Origin: an uncultured Phycisphaeraceae bacterium
GTDB lineage: Bacteria; Planctomycetota; Phycisphaerae; UBA1845
Reading direction: 5' to 3'
NCBI GenBank assembly: GCA_964416845.1
Contig: CAYQFV010000003.1
Coordinates: 1-59,594 of the forward strand
Length of the DNA: 59,594 bases
In this document: piece after piece, positions 30,741 to 39,905 of the stretch
Position numbering within the stretch: the stretch's first letter is position 1
Layout of the letters: every line of letters begins with the position of its first letter
Program-made: the position numbers and the translations under genes
Notes under the pieces: model-generated
Databases searched by the model: none
What the model saw: the letters and a program-made list of their open reading frames with translations, nothing else
What the model was told of the DNA's origin: nothing

Positions 30741-31607
30741 ATGCAAACGAAACGCGAGATTAAGTCTCTTCTGGAGTCCGCGGGCGTCCATCCCAAACGG
30801 CGATTCGGCCAGAACTTCCTCATCGACGGTAATCTGATGCGAACGCTGGTCGACGCCGCCGGTCTCACGCCGGACGATTTCGTACTCGAAGTTGGCGCGG
30901 GCACCGGGGCGCTCACCGAATGCCTCGCCGATCGCGCCGGCCGCGTCGTCTCGATCGAGATCGACCCCGCGCTGCACGCGATCGTGTCACAACGCCTTCA
31001 ACGTGCGAACAACACGACCGTCATTCTAACCGACGTCCTGGCGGCCAAGCATCGAATAGCGCCGGTCGTCGAACAGGCCCTCCAGATCGCGTGCAATGAC
31101 GTCGCTGGGCGATTCATGCTGGTCGCCAACCTCCCTTACAACATCGCCACGCCGTTGATCGTGAATCTTCTCCTGGGAACACCGGCCGTTCAACGCTTTT
31201 GCTTCACCGTCCAGCGTGAAGTCGGCGACCGTTTCCTGGCCGTACCCGCCACCAAAGCGTATGGCCCGGTCAGCATTCTGTTGCAATGCTCGTGCACCAT
31301 CCGGCGACTCGCGACCCTACCGCCCCACGTGTTTTGGCCAAGCCCCGCCATCGAATCAACCATGATGTGCATGGACGTGGTCGAGTCGCCATTCGAAACG
31401 AAGGAACAGCTCGCCCGATTCAACAATCTCTTGAAGGCTGCTTTCGCCCACCGACGCAAGACGCTGCGATACAATCTCGCCGCCATGCCCGATGTGTGCG
31501 ACGTGCATCCGGAAAGAAGTGGATTCGACCTGTCGAGACGGCCGGAGTCACTGTCGGTCGACGAGTGGATTGAACTCGCTCGCCGCGTCGATCCCCAACT
31601 CGCATAG
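30741..31607 (+). CDS. rsmA: 16S rRNA adenine dimethyltransferase
   Basis: RFGQNFLID, VLEVGAGTG, VANLPYNI. Confidence 0.95.
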   Translation: MQTKREIKSLLESAGVHPKRRFGQNFLIDGNLMRTLVDAAGLTPDDFVLEVGAGTGALTECLADRAGRVVSIEIDPALHAIVSQRLQRANNTTVILTDVLAAKHRIAPVVEQALQIACNDVAGRFMLVANLPYNIATPLIVNLLLGTPAVQRFCFTVQREVGDRFLAVPATKAYGPVSILLQCSCTIRRLATLPPHVFWPSPAIESTMMCMDVVESPFETKEQLARFNNLLKAAFAHRRKTLRYNLAAMPDVCDVHPERSGFDLSRRPESLSVDEWIELARRVDPQLA

Positions 31608-31713
31608 GAGACGAGCCATGACTCAGCCGGCGGCGCGAATTGTGCGATCCCCAGAACGAACGCCCGTACCCATGCGGGGGTCAAATCGTCGCGAAACAGG
31701 ATTGATGTCGAAG

Positions 31714-32727
31714 TTACCGACGGCGGCGCGGTGATCGGCTGGTCTTGTGTTCCCTCGGCCGGGTGACGGGCGTTCGGCGCGTTTCGTGCGGATCAGGATA
31801 TGGCTGCGGAAGTGCGATCCACTCCCACAACGAGGCGAAATCAGCCTCTATCACGACGACAGCCTGATCGTCATGCCCCCACGTGGTCCGAACGGTGTGC
31901 ACGTTCCCAAGCCAATTGCTGAACAGGACGGCGAGGTCCGGTCGATCGTCGATCCGATGCCCAACGGTCAGTCGGCCAAAGCTGTCGAGTGGCAGGCTTC
32001 TGACATATACGGCCAACCGTTGACGAGCGTCGAGGCGAGCTCGGTTGGACGCGATCAACTTGCCGGCCACGCTGCCACGACGCGACGACGGTGGTCGCCC
32101 ATGCCCAGTCACTCGGTACACTTGGCTGGCCCATTCGGGACGGCCAACGAATCGCCGCCTGTCAGGCTGCGGCACGTCGCGGAGCATCGGCAGGCCTTGG
32201 CCGATGACCACGATGGAGTCGATGTCGTTCAGGGCCGCGATCCGATTGAAATCGTGCCCACCGAACCGACCGTCACCATAACGGACGTTCAGTTGCTTGA
32301 GCCCGGCGATCACGTCTTTGATGGAGACTTTCACTCGGACGGTGCAGATTCGATTGATTGTGTATCGCGGCTTGGACACCGCAACCCCGCCCAAGCGGTC
32401 CCACATCGCCGCTTCAATGTTCGGATTCGATCGAATGAACGTCTCGACGTGCACCCCGTGTCCCATTTGCAAAGATTCGATTCGCCTCGCGAGCCGGCCC
32501 ATCGCGTCCCGCTGGGCAGCTTCTGCGGCGCTGACATAGACGTGCTCAGCGAACCCCTCCCACCCAGGAGCAGGGAGACGACGCGTCGAGGGGGTTGGCG
32601 GATGCTTTGGTCTGCGTTTGCGCTCGCGCTGAGCCGACGCAGGCACGCTCGTCAGCAGCACTGCCACCACGAGCGCTGCGAAGCTTCGGAACGCCCAGCC
32701 GCCGGGCCCGCGCGTCCCACTCATCAT
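31714..32727 (-). CDS. Secreted protein with two LPP20-like repeats
   Basis: Signal peptide; repeats AQRDAMGRLARRI and ARLDARQRLAVYV. Confidence 0.55.
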   Translation of the reverse strand: MMSGTRGPGGWAFRSFAALVVAVLLTSVPASAQRERKRRPKHPPTPSTRRLPAPGWEGFAEHVYVSAAEAAQRDAMGRLARRIESLQMGHGVHVETFIRSNPNIEAAMWDRLGGVAVSKPRYTINRICTVRVKVSIKDVIAGLKQLNVRYGDGRFGGHDFNRIAALNDIDSIVVIGQGLPMLRDVPQPDRRRFVGRPEWASQVYRVTGHGRPPSSRRGSVAGKLIASNRARLDARQRLAVYVRSLPLDSFGRLTVGHRIDDRPDLAVLFSNWLGNVHTVRTTWGHDDQAVVVIEADFASLWEWIALPQPYPDPHETRRTPVTRPREHKTSRSPRRRR

Positions 32728-32866
32728 GAACGAAGTCTGGGGACGCTCGCCACCGACTTCGACACAGCGGCATTGGTATTGCGTTGTAGCGTGGCGATTG
32801 CTGATGGAGCAGTTCATGCGAATCCTCTCAAACCGGATCGAACAGTCCGCAACGATGTCACGGACG

Positions 32867-34171
32867 TCAATCTGTTCCGCGAGCTTCGATCGTCATCTGC
32901 GCGTGCAGTGCCCCCCAGACGGCCGGCCCGCTCACCGAAAGCGACACCGTCGCCGACGAATCGTCGAAATCGCGTTGCTCGACGACCGAATCCACGACCA
33001 GAGCGCGAACTTGCGATTTTAACTCCCGACGCGATGCGAAGTACCGTTTGACCGACATTGTTGGCGTTAGCGGCAACTCGCCCAAACGGTCAAACAGGCG
33101 CTCGCGCGCGTCCCTTGTAGCAGCCCGTACCGCTCGGACACGTCCATCGCGTGACCCGATCGCGTCGTCGACAGATCGGCCGATTGCGCGGATTCTCTCG
33201 CCAGCCCAATCGGGACTGTCAACGCCCGAGAGGCTCGAAGCAGTGGACATGACCCGCACTGCCGGAGCTCCCGTCCCGGTGGCCTCGACCATCGAGCCAG
33301 CGAAACACTTCGATACCTGCTCGATGTCTTCAACCGTCGCACGATGACCACGATAGAAGCGTTTGTAGAGCTTGAGCATCAAATTGCTGGCTTGCTTCAC
33401 TGGAATCGACACCGTCACATCCACCAACAATTCGTTGTGATGAAAATATCGCCGCGATTCCTTCGCGCCCAAGACGAGGCGATCGGCGTGGTCGGCGAGG
33501 CTGACTTCCTCCGCCAACAGGTCGCCGAACAGCATGCTCGAGTTGATTCGCACGCACATCAGCCGCTCGAGCAGTCTACGCCGAGCATCGAGACGGGCCA
33601 TGCGAATCGCCGCCAGTTTGTCCCGCGCGGAAACCGGCCGCCAAATGTCCGGGTAGGCATACGGACGCGTCGTCGGGACGGCGGCGCCGATGATGTCCTC
33701 GATACCTTGAGGTAATTCCGGGTGAAGTTCGGCCCGAGGAGCACCGGCACCAACGATCGACAATAAGTCTTTGCCAAAACGGACTCCAAGCTTGTCAAAA
33801 TCGGACCTCAGGATTTGGCCCCCCTTGTGGTGGCGCTGAAACACCGACCGAAGTTCCGCAACAATCTTCGACATGGGGACACTCGCCGAGACCTCGCACG
33901 TGCCGTCGTCATGAAACGTGGCAGGCCCGACCTCGACGTGTTTGACGAAGGCATCGATTTCCGACTTGATGGCCCCACATTCGCTCGCGAAGTCATGAAC
34001 GAAAACCCCGGGGCGAATCTCGATCCCGTTGATCGTCGCGCACAGTTTGCGATAGCAATCCGCCTCGGCGTCTCGCCTTGCCAGCAATTGCGACTGATCA
34101 CCCGACTGACCCGCAGCGCTCACCGCCAAGGTCAGCACTGCGAAACACGTGCGCTTTCTTAAGTGGATCAT
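32867..34171 (-). CDS. Secreted protein with three LPP20-like repeats
   Basis: Signal peptide; repeats AEADCYRKL, ARLDARRRLLERL, ATRDARERLFDRL. Confidence 0.55.
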   Translation of the reverse strand: MIHLRKRTCFAVLTLAVSAAGQSGDQSQLLARRDAEADCYRKLCATINGIEIRPGVFVHDFASECGAIKSEIDAFVKHVEVGPATFHDDGTCEVSASVPMSKIVAELRSVFQRHHKGGQILRSDFDKLGVRFGKDLLSIVGAGAPRAELHPELPQGIEDIIGAAVPTTRPYAYPDIWRPVSARDKLAAIRMARLDARRRLLERLMCVRINSSMLFGDLLAEEVSLADHADRLVLGAKESRRYFHHNELLVDVTVSIPVKQASNLMLKLYKRFYRGHRATVEDIEQVSKCFAGSMVEATGTGAPAVRVMSTASSLSGVDSPDWAGERIRAIGRSVDDAIGSRDGRVRAVRAATRDARERLFDRLGELPLTPTMSVKRYFASRRELKSQVRALVVDSVVEQRDFDDSSATVSLSVSGPAVWGALHAQMTIEARGTD

Positions 34172-34521
34172 GTTCCCACTGTCTCCCCGGCCCGATCGCG
34201 AAACCATAATCTATCGGCGCCAAAAACTCCAGATCGTCGCGGCCGCACAAGGCCAGAATTATACCATTCCCGGCTGCCGTGTGACTGTTGCGTGCACAAG
34301 TTTGGCTTTAGATCGTCCAACCCGCCAGCCCAAAACCGGCCAAGGTTGGGCGTCTACCGCAAACCTGCCCGCCGCCGCCTCGCGGTGACTGGCATCGGTT
34401 GTTCGGAACGGCCACATGGTGACGTTCGATCCGCTGACGGCGTGCCCAGGCCGTGACGGGCGTTGACACCGGCGTCGTCTCGCCCTAACACATAGTCGGT
34501 TCGCGTGCGCCGATACGCTCA

Positions 34522-35733
34522 ATGATTCCGAGAAGAACAACACGACAGGTCGTCGTCGGAGGGATTCCCATCGGCGGCGGTGCGCCGGTCACGATCCAAT
34601 CCATGACCAGCACGCAGACGCATGCCATCGACGAGACCGTCGCACAGGTACGGTCGCTCGCAGAGGCTGGCTGCGATCTTGTCCGCGTCGCCGTTCCGCA
34701 GAAGCGAGACACCCAGGCCCTTCCCGCGATCATCGAACAATCCCCCGTTCCCATCATCGCCGACGTGCACTTTCACTATGAGCGAGCAATCGAAGCCATC
34801 GAAGCAGGCGCTCACAAAATCAGGCTCAACCCCGGCAACATCCCAGACCGAGGCCAGGTCGACCGCGTCATCGCCGCGTGTCGCGAGCGCAGTATCCCGA
34901 TCCGCGTCGGCGTCAATGAAGGAAGCGTCGTCGAACGAAAGGACAAATCCCGTCGGGCATCGCAACAGGCAGCCATCGCTCAAAACCCGCGCGACGAGTT
35001 GGTCGCCCTGATGGTCGACACGCTCGAAGACTACCTTCGCATCTTCGACGAGAACAACTTCCACGACGTCGTCCTTAGCCTCAAGAGCATCGACGCGACC
35101 ATCGTCATCGACGCGTATCGCGCCGCCGCCGAGCGATTCGACCTGCCCCTGCACCTCGGGTTGACTCACGCGGGACCGCCCGAGACCGGAACCGTTCGAT
35201 CCATCGCCGCGCTCGGCGCACTGCTCGCGGGAGGAATCGGCGACACCATCCGCATCTCGTACGCTGCCGATCCCGTCCACGAAGTGGAGGACGCCAAGGA
35301 ACTGCTCTGCTCGCTTGGATTGCGCAATCGCGTGGAACCGGAGCTGATCGCCTGCCCCACCTGCGGGCGAATCGAAATCGACCTCATAAAGCTCGTCACC
35401 GACGTTCGCAAAAAGCTCACGACCATCAAGACGCCCGTCAAAGTCGCAGTCATGGGTTGCGTGGTCAACGGGCCCGGAGAGGCGGAAGGCGCCGACGTCG
35501 CTGTCTTCGCCGGCAAAGGCCGCGGAATCATCTACGTTCAAGGCAAACAGACCCGCACGGTGTCAGAGAGGGACATGCTCGACGCGCTCTATGAAGAATG
35601 CGTCGCATTCGCCGAGCGCGTCGAAAGCGGCCAAGCAACTCTCTCGTCCGTAGGAGTCAGCATAGTCCCACCCGACCCGCTCCCGCGCGCCGACGGCTCT
35701 CTGCCGCTAACCGTCCTTCCTCGAGCGAACTAG
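34522..35733 (+). CDS. ispG: (E)-4-hydroxy-3-methylbut-2-enyl-diphosphate synthase
   Basis: IQSMT, ADVHF, RLNPGN, IRVGVNEGS, GIGDTIRIS, ACPTCGR, VMGCVVNGPGE. Confidence 0.96.
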   Translation: MIPRRTTRQVVVGGIPIGGGAPVTIQSMTSTQTHAIDETVAQVRSLAEAGCDLVRVAVPQKRDTQALPAIIEQSPVPIIADVHFHYERAIEAIEAGAHKIRLNPGNIPDRGQVDRVIAACRERSIPIRVGVNEGSVVERKDKSRRASQQAAIAQNPRDELVALMVDTLEDYLRIFDENNFHDVVLSLKSIDATIVIDAYRAAAERFDLPLHLGLTHAGPPETGTVRSIAALGALLAGGIGDTIRISYAADPVHEVEDAKELLCSLGLRNRVEPELIACPTCGRIEIDLIKLVTDVRKKLTTIKTPVKVAVMGCVVNGPGEAEGADVAVFAGKGRGIIYVQGKQTRTVSERDMLDALYEECVAFAERVESGQATLSSVGVSIVPPDPLPRADGSLPLTVLPRAN

Positions 35734-35776
35734 CCGCGCGGTGGGCGCATCTCATTCCGAACGCTCGTCTTGATTC

Positions 35777-37396
35777 TTAGTGTATAGGCCAGTCTGCGTG
35801 CGACCAGTAGAACGCCCAGTTCGGGCCACGGTGGACGGTGGCAAAGTACGTGAGGATCGCAAACCCGACCAGAAAGCACGTGAACAACGCGACCGCACCC
35901 ATCCGCGTCGAGTTGGTCGTCTTGACCACCAAGACCGACCAGCACGCGAACAAGAATACGAAGACGGTTCCCGGATTGAAGAGCGTGATGACAATCTGAG
36001 GGACGTTCGCGGTCGCAGACCAGTTTCGGAGCCACCCGAAGTTGACCGTGAAGCACAGCATGCCAACCACAGTTGCCGCGCTGAAGAGCAAGCTCCACAG
36101 AGCGACACGCCTGCCTCGTCGGCCGCTAAACCAGACACCGACGTCCTCGGGTTCACGATCCAAGTAAGGTACGAGTGCCAAGCCGAGAACCACGATCGCG
36201 GGGATGCCCACTCCTCCCATGAAAGCGGAATAGGAAACCAACTCCTGCAAGCCCAGGAAGTACCATGGCGCCTTGGCCGGGTTCTCCGGTACAGCCGCGT
36301 CGGCCATCTCCTTCAGCGGCGCGTCGAAGAATGCGCCAAGCAGGAGCATGGCGAGTACCGTGAACATCGTGGCTGTCGTAATGACGTACAACACGCCCGG
36401 CCAAGTCGGAATTGTGTTGCGCATCTCTCGATTCACCTGCGGGGTGGAACCCTTCATCAGCCCCATCAACCCGTAAGTCTTGATGGATGTCGCGCGTCCT
36501 GCTGCATCCGAGCCTGCCGAATCCAACACGGGAGTGTCAGCCGCAACGGCATCGTCGGCCGACTTCGGGCGCGTGAGCCCGCCGTCTTTTCGAATACGCC
36601 AAAAATGCACGCCGATCAAGATTGTCGTAATGACTGGCAGAACTATAACGTGGAGGACGTAGAACCGAATGAGCGCCTCTTGCCCGACGTAGTGCGAGCC
36701 CAGCAGCAGTTCCTTCTGGATGCGCCCAATGTGGAAATACTGTGTGATACCGAGCGCGTCGGTCAGTTCCTGCGGCGATTGAGCGATGTTGGCGCCGATC
36801 GTGACCGCCCAATATGCGAGCTGGTCCCAGGGGAGTAGGTAACCGGTGAAGCTCAGCGCCAGCGTAATGACGAAGAGCGCCATTCCTATGACCCAGTTGA
36901 ATTGCCGTGGCTTCTTGTACGCGGCGGTGTAGAACGCTCTGGCCATGTGCAGAATAACGCAGGCAACCATCGCGTGTGCTGACCAGCGGTGTACGTTACG
37001 AATGAAGCGGCCAGTGGGAACGACGTAAATGATGTCCAGCATCGAGGTGTAAGCCTGATCGACCGACGGCTTGTAATACACCATGAGCAAAACGCCTGTA
37101 ATGCAAAGAATGACGAACAAGACGAAGGTGGCCACTCCCAACCCGAAGGTCGTTGTCGCCTTGATCGCATGGAGGTGGGTTCGCGTCGGAAGGACGTGCA
37201 GAAAGAAATTCGTGAAGATAGTTTGCGATCTGGCGCGATCCGACGTCGGACGTCCGTGTCGGATCACCGAGTCACGAAAGGCGCGCGGGGTTGTAGCGAT
37301 ATTGCGAACGAACTCGCGCAACGCCGGCCGATCGCGAGTCGAATCAGACTGCGGGGCGGCGGATTCGGAAAGCTCGTCTTGTTTCGATTTCTTCAT
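35777..37396 (-). CDS. Cytochrome b subunit of a Rieske/cytb complex (b6-like part fused to subunit IV-like part)
   Basis: Heme His pairs HRWSAH...LH and LH...VH; GYLLPWDQLAYWA; PAKAPWYFLGLQEL in the C-terminal part. Confidence 0.92.
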   Translation of the reverse strand: MKKSKQDELSESAAPQSDSTRDRPALREFVRNIATTPRAFRDSVIRHGRPTSDRARSQTIFTNFFLHVLPTRTHLHAIKATTTFGLGVATFVLFVILCITGVLLMVYYKPSVDQAYTSMLDIIYVVPTGRFIRNVHRWSAHAMVACVILHMARAFYTAAYKKPRQFNWVIGMALFVITLALSFTGYLLPWDQLAYWAVTIGANIAQSPQELTDALGITQYFHIGRIQKELLLGSHYVGQEALIRFYVLHVIVLPVITTILIGVHFWRIRKDGGLTRPKSADDAVAADTPVLDSAGSDAAGRATSIKTYGLMGLMKGSTPQVNREMRNTIPTWPGVLYVITTATMFTVLAMLLLGAFFDAPLKEMADAAVPENPAKAPWYFLGLQELVSYSAFMGGVGIPAIVVLGLALVPYLDREPEDVGVWFSGRRGRRVALWSLLFSAATVVGMLCFTVNFGWLRNWSATANVPQIVITLFNPGTVFVFLFACWSVLVVKTTNSTRMGAVALFTCFLVGFAILTYFATVHRGPNWAFYWSHADWPIH

Positions 37397-37437
37397 ATCA
37401 GTTTCAACTCAAGCACCGTTTCTGCGTGGCTTGGGAC

Positions 37438-37923
37438 TCAAGCTTCAAAGATCGAACCTTCCTTGACTTCCTTCAAGGTGTCTGCGACAAGCGATCCTTC
37501 CGGCGAAACGCTCAGATCGGCCCAGATTAGTCCCTTTGGGGCAGGACCGCCGGTTACCAGTCCGTTGGCGTCGAACCTCGATCCGTGGCAAGGGCACTTG
37601 AACGTGCCATCTTCAGCCCGGTTCGTGATGCAGCCCAAATGGGTGCAAACGGCGGAGATGGCGTGAAACCCTTCGTCACTGCGGAACAGCCAAAGGTGCG
37701 GGGATGGGAAGTACGTGGCGGAACCAATGGCGAATTGGTCCGGACGCCCGAGCTTCACCTTCGAGTCGGATTCGGGGAACACCGAGGGCATTGGCAGTCG
37801 CAATGCCCCCATAATGGCCATGACAAACGCGACGACGGTCGTCCACGCCGCCGCCAACCCCAGGAAATCGCGCCGCGTTGCCGGCGGCTTGAATCGTTCA
37901 CTTTGCTCGATCGTTGATTGCAT
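37438..37923 (-). CDS. Rieske 2Fe-2S subunit
   Basis: Tat-like RRDFL plus TM helix; CTHLGC and CPCHGS. Confidence 0.95.
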   Translation of the reverse strand: MQSTIEQSERFKPPATRRDFLGLAAAWTTVVAFVMAIMGALRLPMPSVFPESDSKVKLGRPDQFAIGSATYFPSPHLWLFRSDEGFHAISAVCTHLGCITNRAEDGTFKCPCHGSRFDANGLVTGGPAPKGLIWADLSVSPEGSLVADTLKEVKEGSIFEA

Positions 37924-37931
37924 CGGTTCTC

Positions 37932-39872
37932 TCATCCCGCAGCGGCTGTATTCTTGCCGCCGACTCCAGTCCACTCACCAGAAAAGCTGAACCGCTCCAT
38001 GGTGATCGCACCCACGGGACACCGTTCGGCACACAGTGCACAGCGGATGCACTTCTGCTCGTCCTTGATGATCGCGCCTTGAGAGGAAAGGTCCGCGTCT
38101 CCGTATCGGTCGCGCAGCAACTCGGCCAGGTCGGGGACGCTGGCCAGGCGGTCGCACGACACAAGTTGTAAACAGAGTTCAGGGCAGACGTCGGCACAGC
38201 CCCCACAAAGGATACATACTTCGGAATCAAATATGGTGTTAACGCCGCAGTCCAAACAACGACATGCCTCGGCAACTGCAGATGCCTCGCCGTATCCGCA
38301 CTCAACAGCTTTCGCATGGTCGGTATGGCGTTCCAAAGGAGATATCTTCGGAATCGGCGTGCGCGGAACCTTCTCATAGTCCTTTTCACGGGAATACCCG
38401 GGAATACCCAGATGAACGAAGGTGTGTCGTTCGCCGAGCGGCTGACCCGTCAGGTACGTGTGAACACTTCGTGCGCACTTCTTCCCGCTCGCCACCGCGT
38501 CGATCAGCAGGCGAGGTCCGTACGCTATATCACCTGCAAGGAACACGTCCGGCGCGCCTGTTTGAAGCGTATTCGTATCGCAAGGCAACACGCCGCGGTC
38601 GTTCGGTTCCAAGTCATCGCAGTCGCTCAGGAACGACAGATCAGCCTGCTGGCCAATGGCCCAGACCACCGTATCCACGTCGAGCGTCACACGATCATCA
38701 TCGTCGAACTGAGGCGCGAAGCGGCGATTCTCATCGAACACTCGCAAACATCGCTTGAACACCGCGCCGCGAACCGCGCCGTCCGGCGTCCGCAGAATCT
38801 CGACAGGCCCCAACGATGGATGGAGTTCGACGCCCTCTTCGTGGCCTTCAAGGATCTCAATGTCGTCGGCAGGCATTTCCTCAATGCTTTCGAGGCAACA
38901 GAGATGAACCTCACTGACATTCGCTTGCCGAAGCGCACTGCGGGACACGTCGTGGCCAACCTGGCGGATGACGGTTCTGGAAATGTCGTATGCAACATTG
39001 CCTCCGCCAATGACCACGACGCGCTGGCCGAGCTGCGAGAACGTCGATGCAGGACTTCGGTTGTACAACGCGGTGTCGCGAAGAAACTCTACGCCGCCAA
39101 AGACACCCGGGCCTTTGCCTCCCGGGATGGGAATCTCTCGCGACCGCTTTGCGCCCACGGCGATGATCGTGGCGACGTGGCTCTTGCGGATGTCGGCCAA
39201 CGAAACGTCACGACCGACTTGCGTATTGCATAAGAACTCCACGCCCAGGGCCCGGATGAGTTCGACTTCCGCTTCGATCAGATCACGTGGAAGTCGGTAT
39301 TCCGGAATGCCGACCGCCAACATCCCAGCGGGAACCGGTTCCATCTCCAACACAACCGGGCGATACCCCAGCAGTGCCAAGTCGTGGGCGGCAGCAAGGC
39401 CCGCCGGCCCGGATCCGATGATCGCAATCCTCGGCCCCGTCGGTTTCTCCTGGCCTATTCCTTGAAGCGTACTCCGTAAAGCGTGCAACTCCTCCATTCC
39501 GCTACATTCACGTCCCGGAGACGCGCGGATAATTCTCTTAAGCAGATCAATGACCTTAATCGCGCCCTTGGTGTCTGACTTCGGGCTGAATCGCTCTGCG
39601 ACGAATCGCTTCAGCGCACGAATGGACACCGCCTCGTCGATAGCGCCACGGCGGCAGGCGGCTTCACACGGAGCGCCGCACACACGTCCACATATACTCG
39701 CGAGCGGATTCGGGCCACGAGCGATCAGGTATGCGCCCTCAAAGTCACCATTAGCAATCGCCCGCACGTAACCTCGCGCGTCAGTGTGGACCGGGCAGGC
39801 GTATTGGCATTTGATCTGCCGCTGCCAATATTCATCATCCGGAACTTCGACGTTAACAGGAGAATAATCCAT
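37932..39872 (-). CDS. FAD/NAD(P)-binding oxidoreductase with multiple 4Fe-4S clusters (GltD/NfnB-like plus ferredoxin)
   Basis: CQYACPVH, CGRVCGAPCEAAC, GSGPAG, GGGNVA, EACRCLDC, CILCGGCADVCP, CIRCALCAERCP; no signal peptide. Confidence 0.88.
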   Translation of the reverse strand: MDYSPVNVEVPDDEYWQRQIKCQYACPVHTDARGYVRAIANGDFEGAYLIARGPNPLASICGRVCGAPCEAACRRGAIDEAVSIRALKRFVAERFSPKSDTKGAIKVIDLLKRIIRASPGRECSGMEELHALRSTLQGIGQEKPTGPRIAIIGSGPAGLAAAHDLALLGYRPVVLEMEPVPAGMLAVGIPEYRLPRDLIEAEVELIRALGVEFLCNTQVGRDVSLADIRKSHVATIIAVGAKRSREIPIPGGKGPGVFGGVEFLRDTALYNRSPASTFSQLGQRVVVIGGGNVAYDISRTVIRQVGHDVSRSALRQANVSEVHLCCLESIEEMPADDIEILEGHEEGVELHPSLGPVEILRTPDGAVRGAVFKRCLRVFDENRRFAPQFDDDDRVTLDVDTVVWAIGQQADLSFLSDCDDLEPNDRGVLPCDTNTLQTGAPDVFLAGDIAYGPRLLIDAVASGKKCARSVHTYLTGQPLGERHTFVHLGIPGYSREKDYEKVPRTPIPKISPLERHTDHAKAVECGYGEASAVAEACRCLDCGVNTIFDSEVCILCGGCADVCPELCLQLVSCDRLASVPDLAELLRDRYGDADLSSQGAIIKDEQKCIRCALCAERCPVGAITMERFSFSGEWTGVGGKNTAAAG

Positions 39873-39905
39873 ACGGGTCACCGTGCGCCTAGCTGACAAG
39901 CATTC

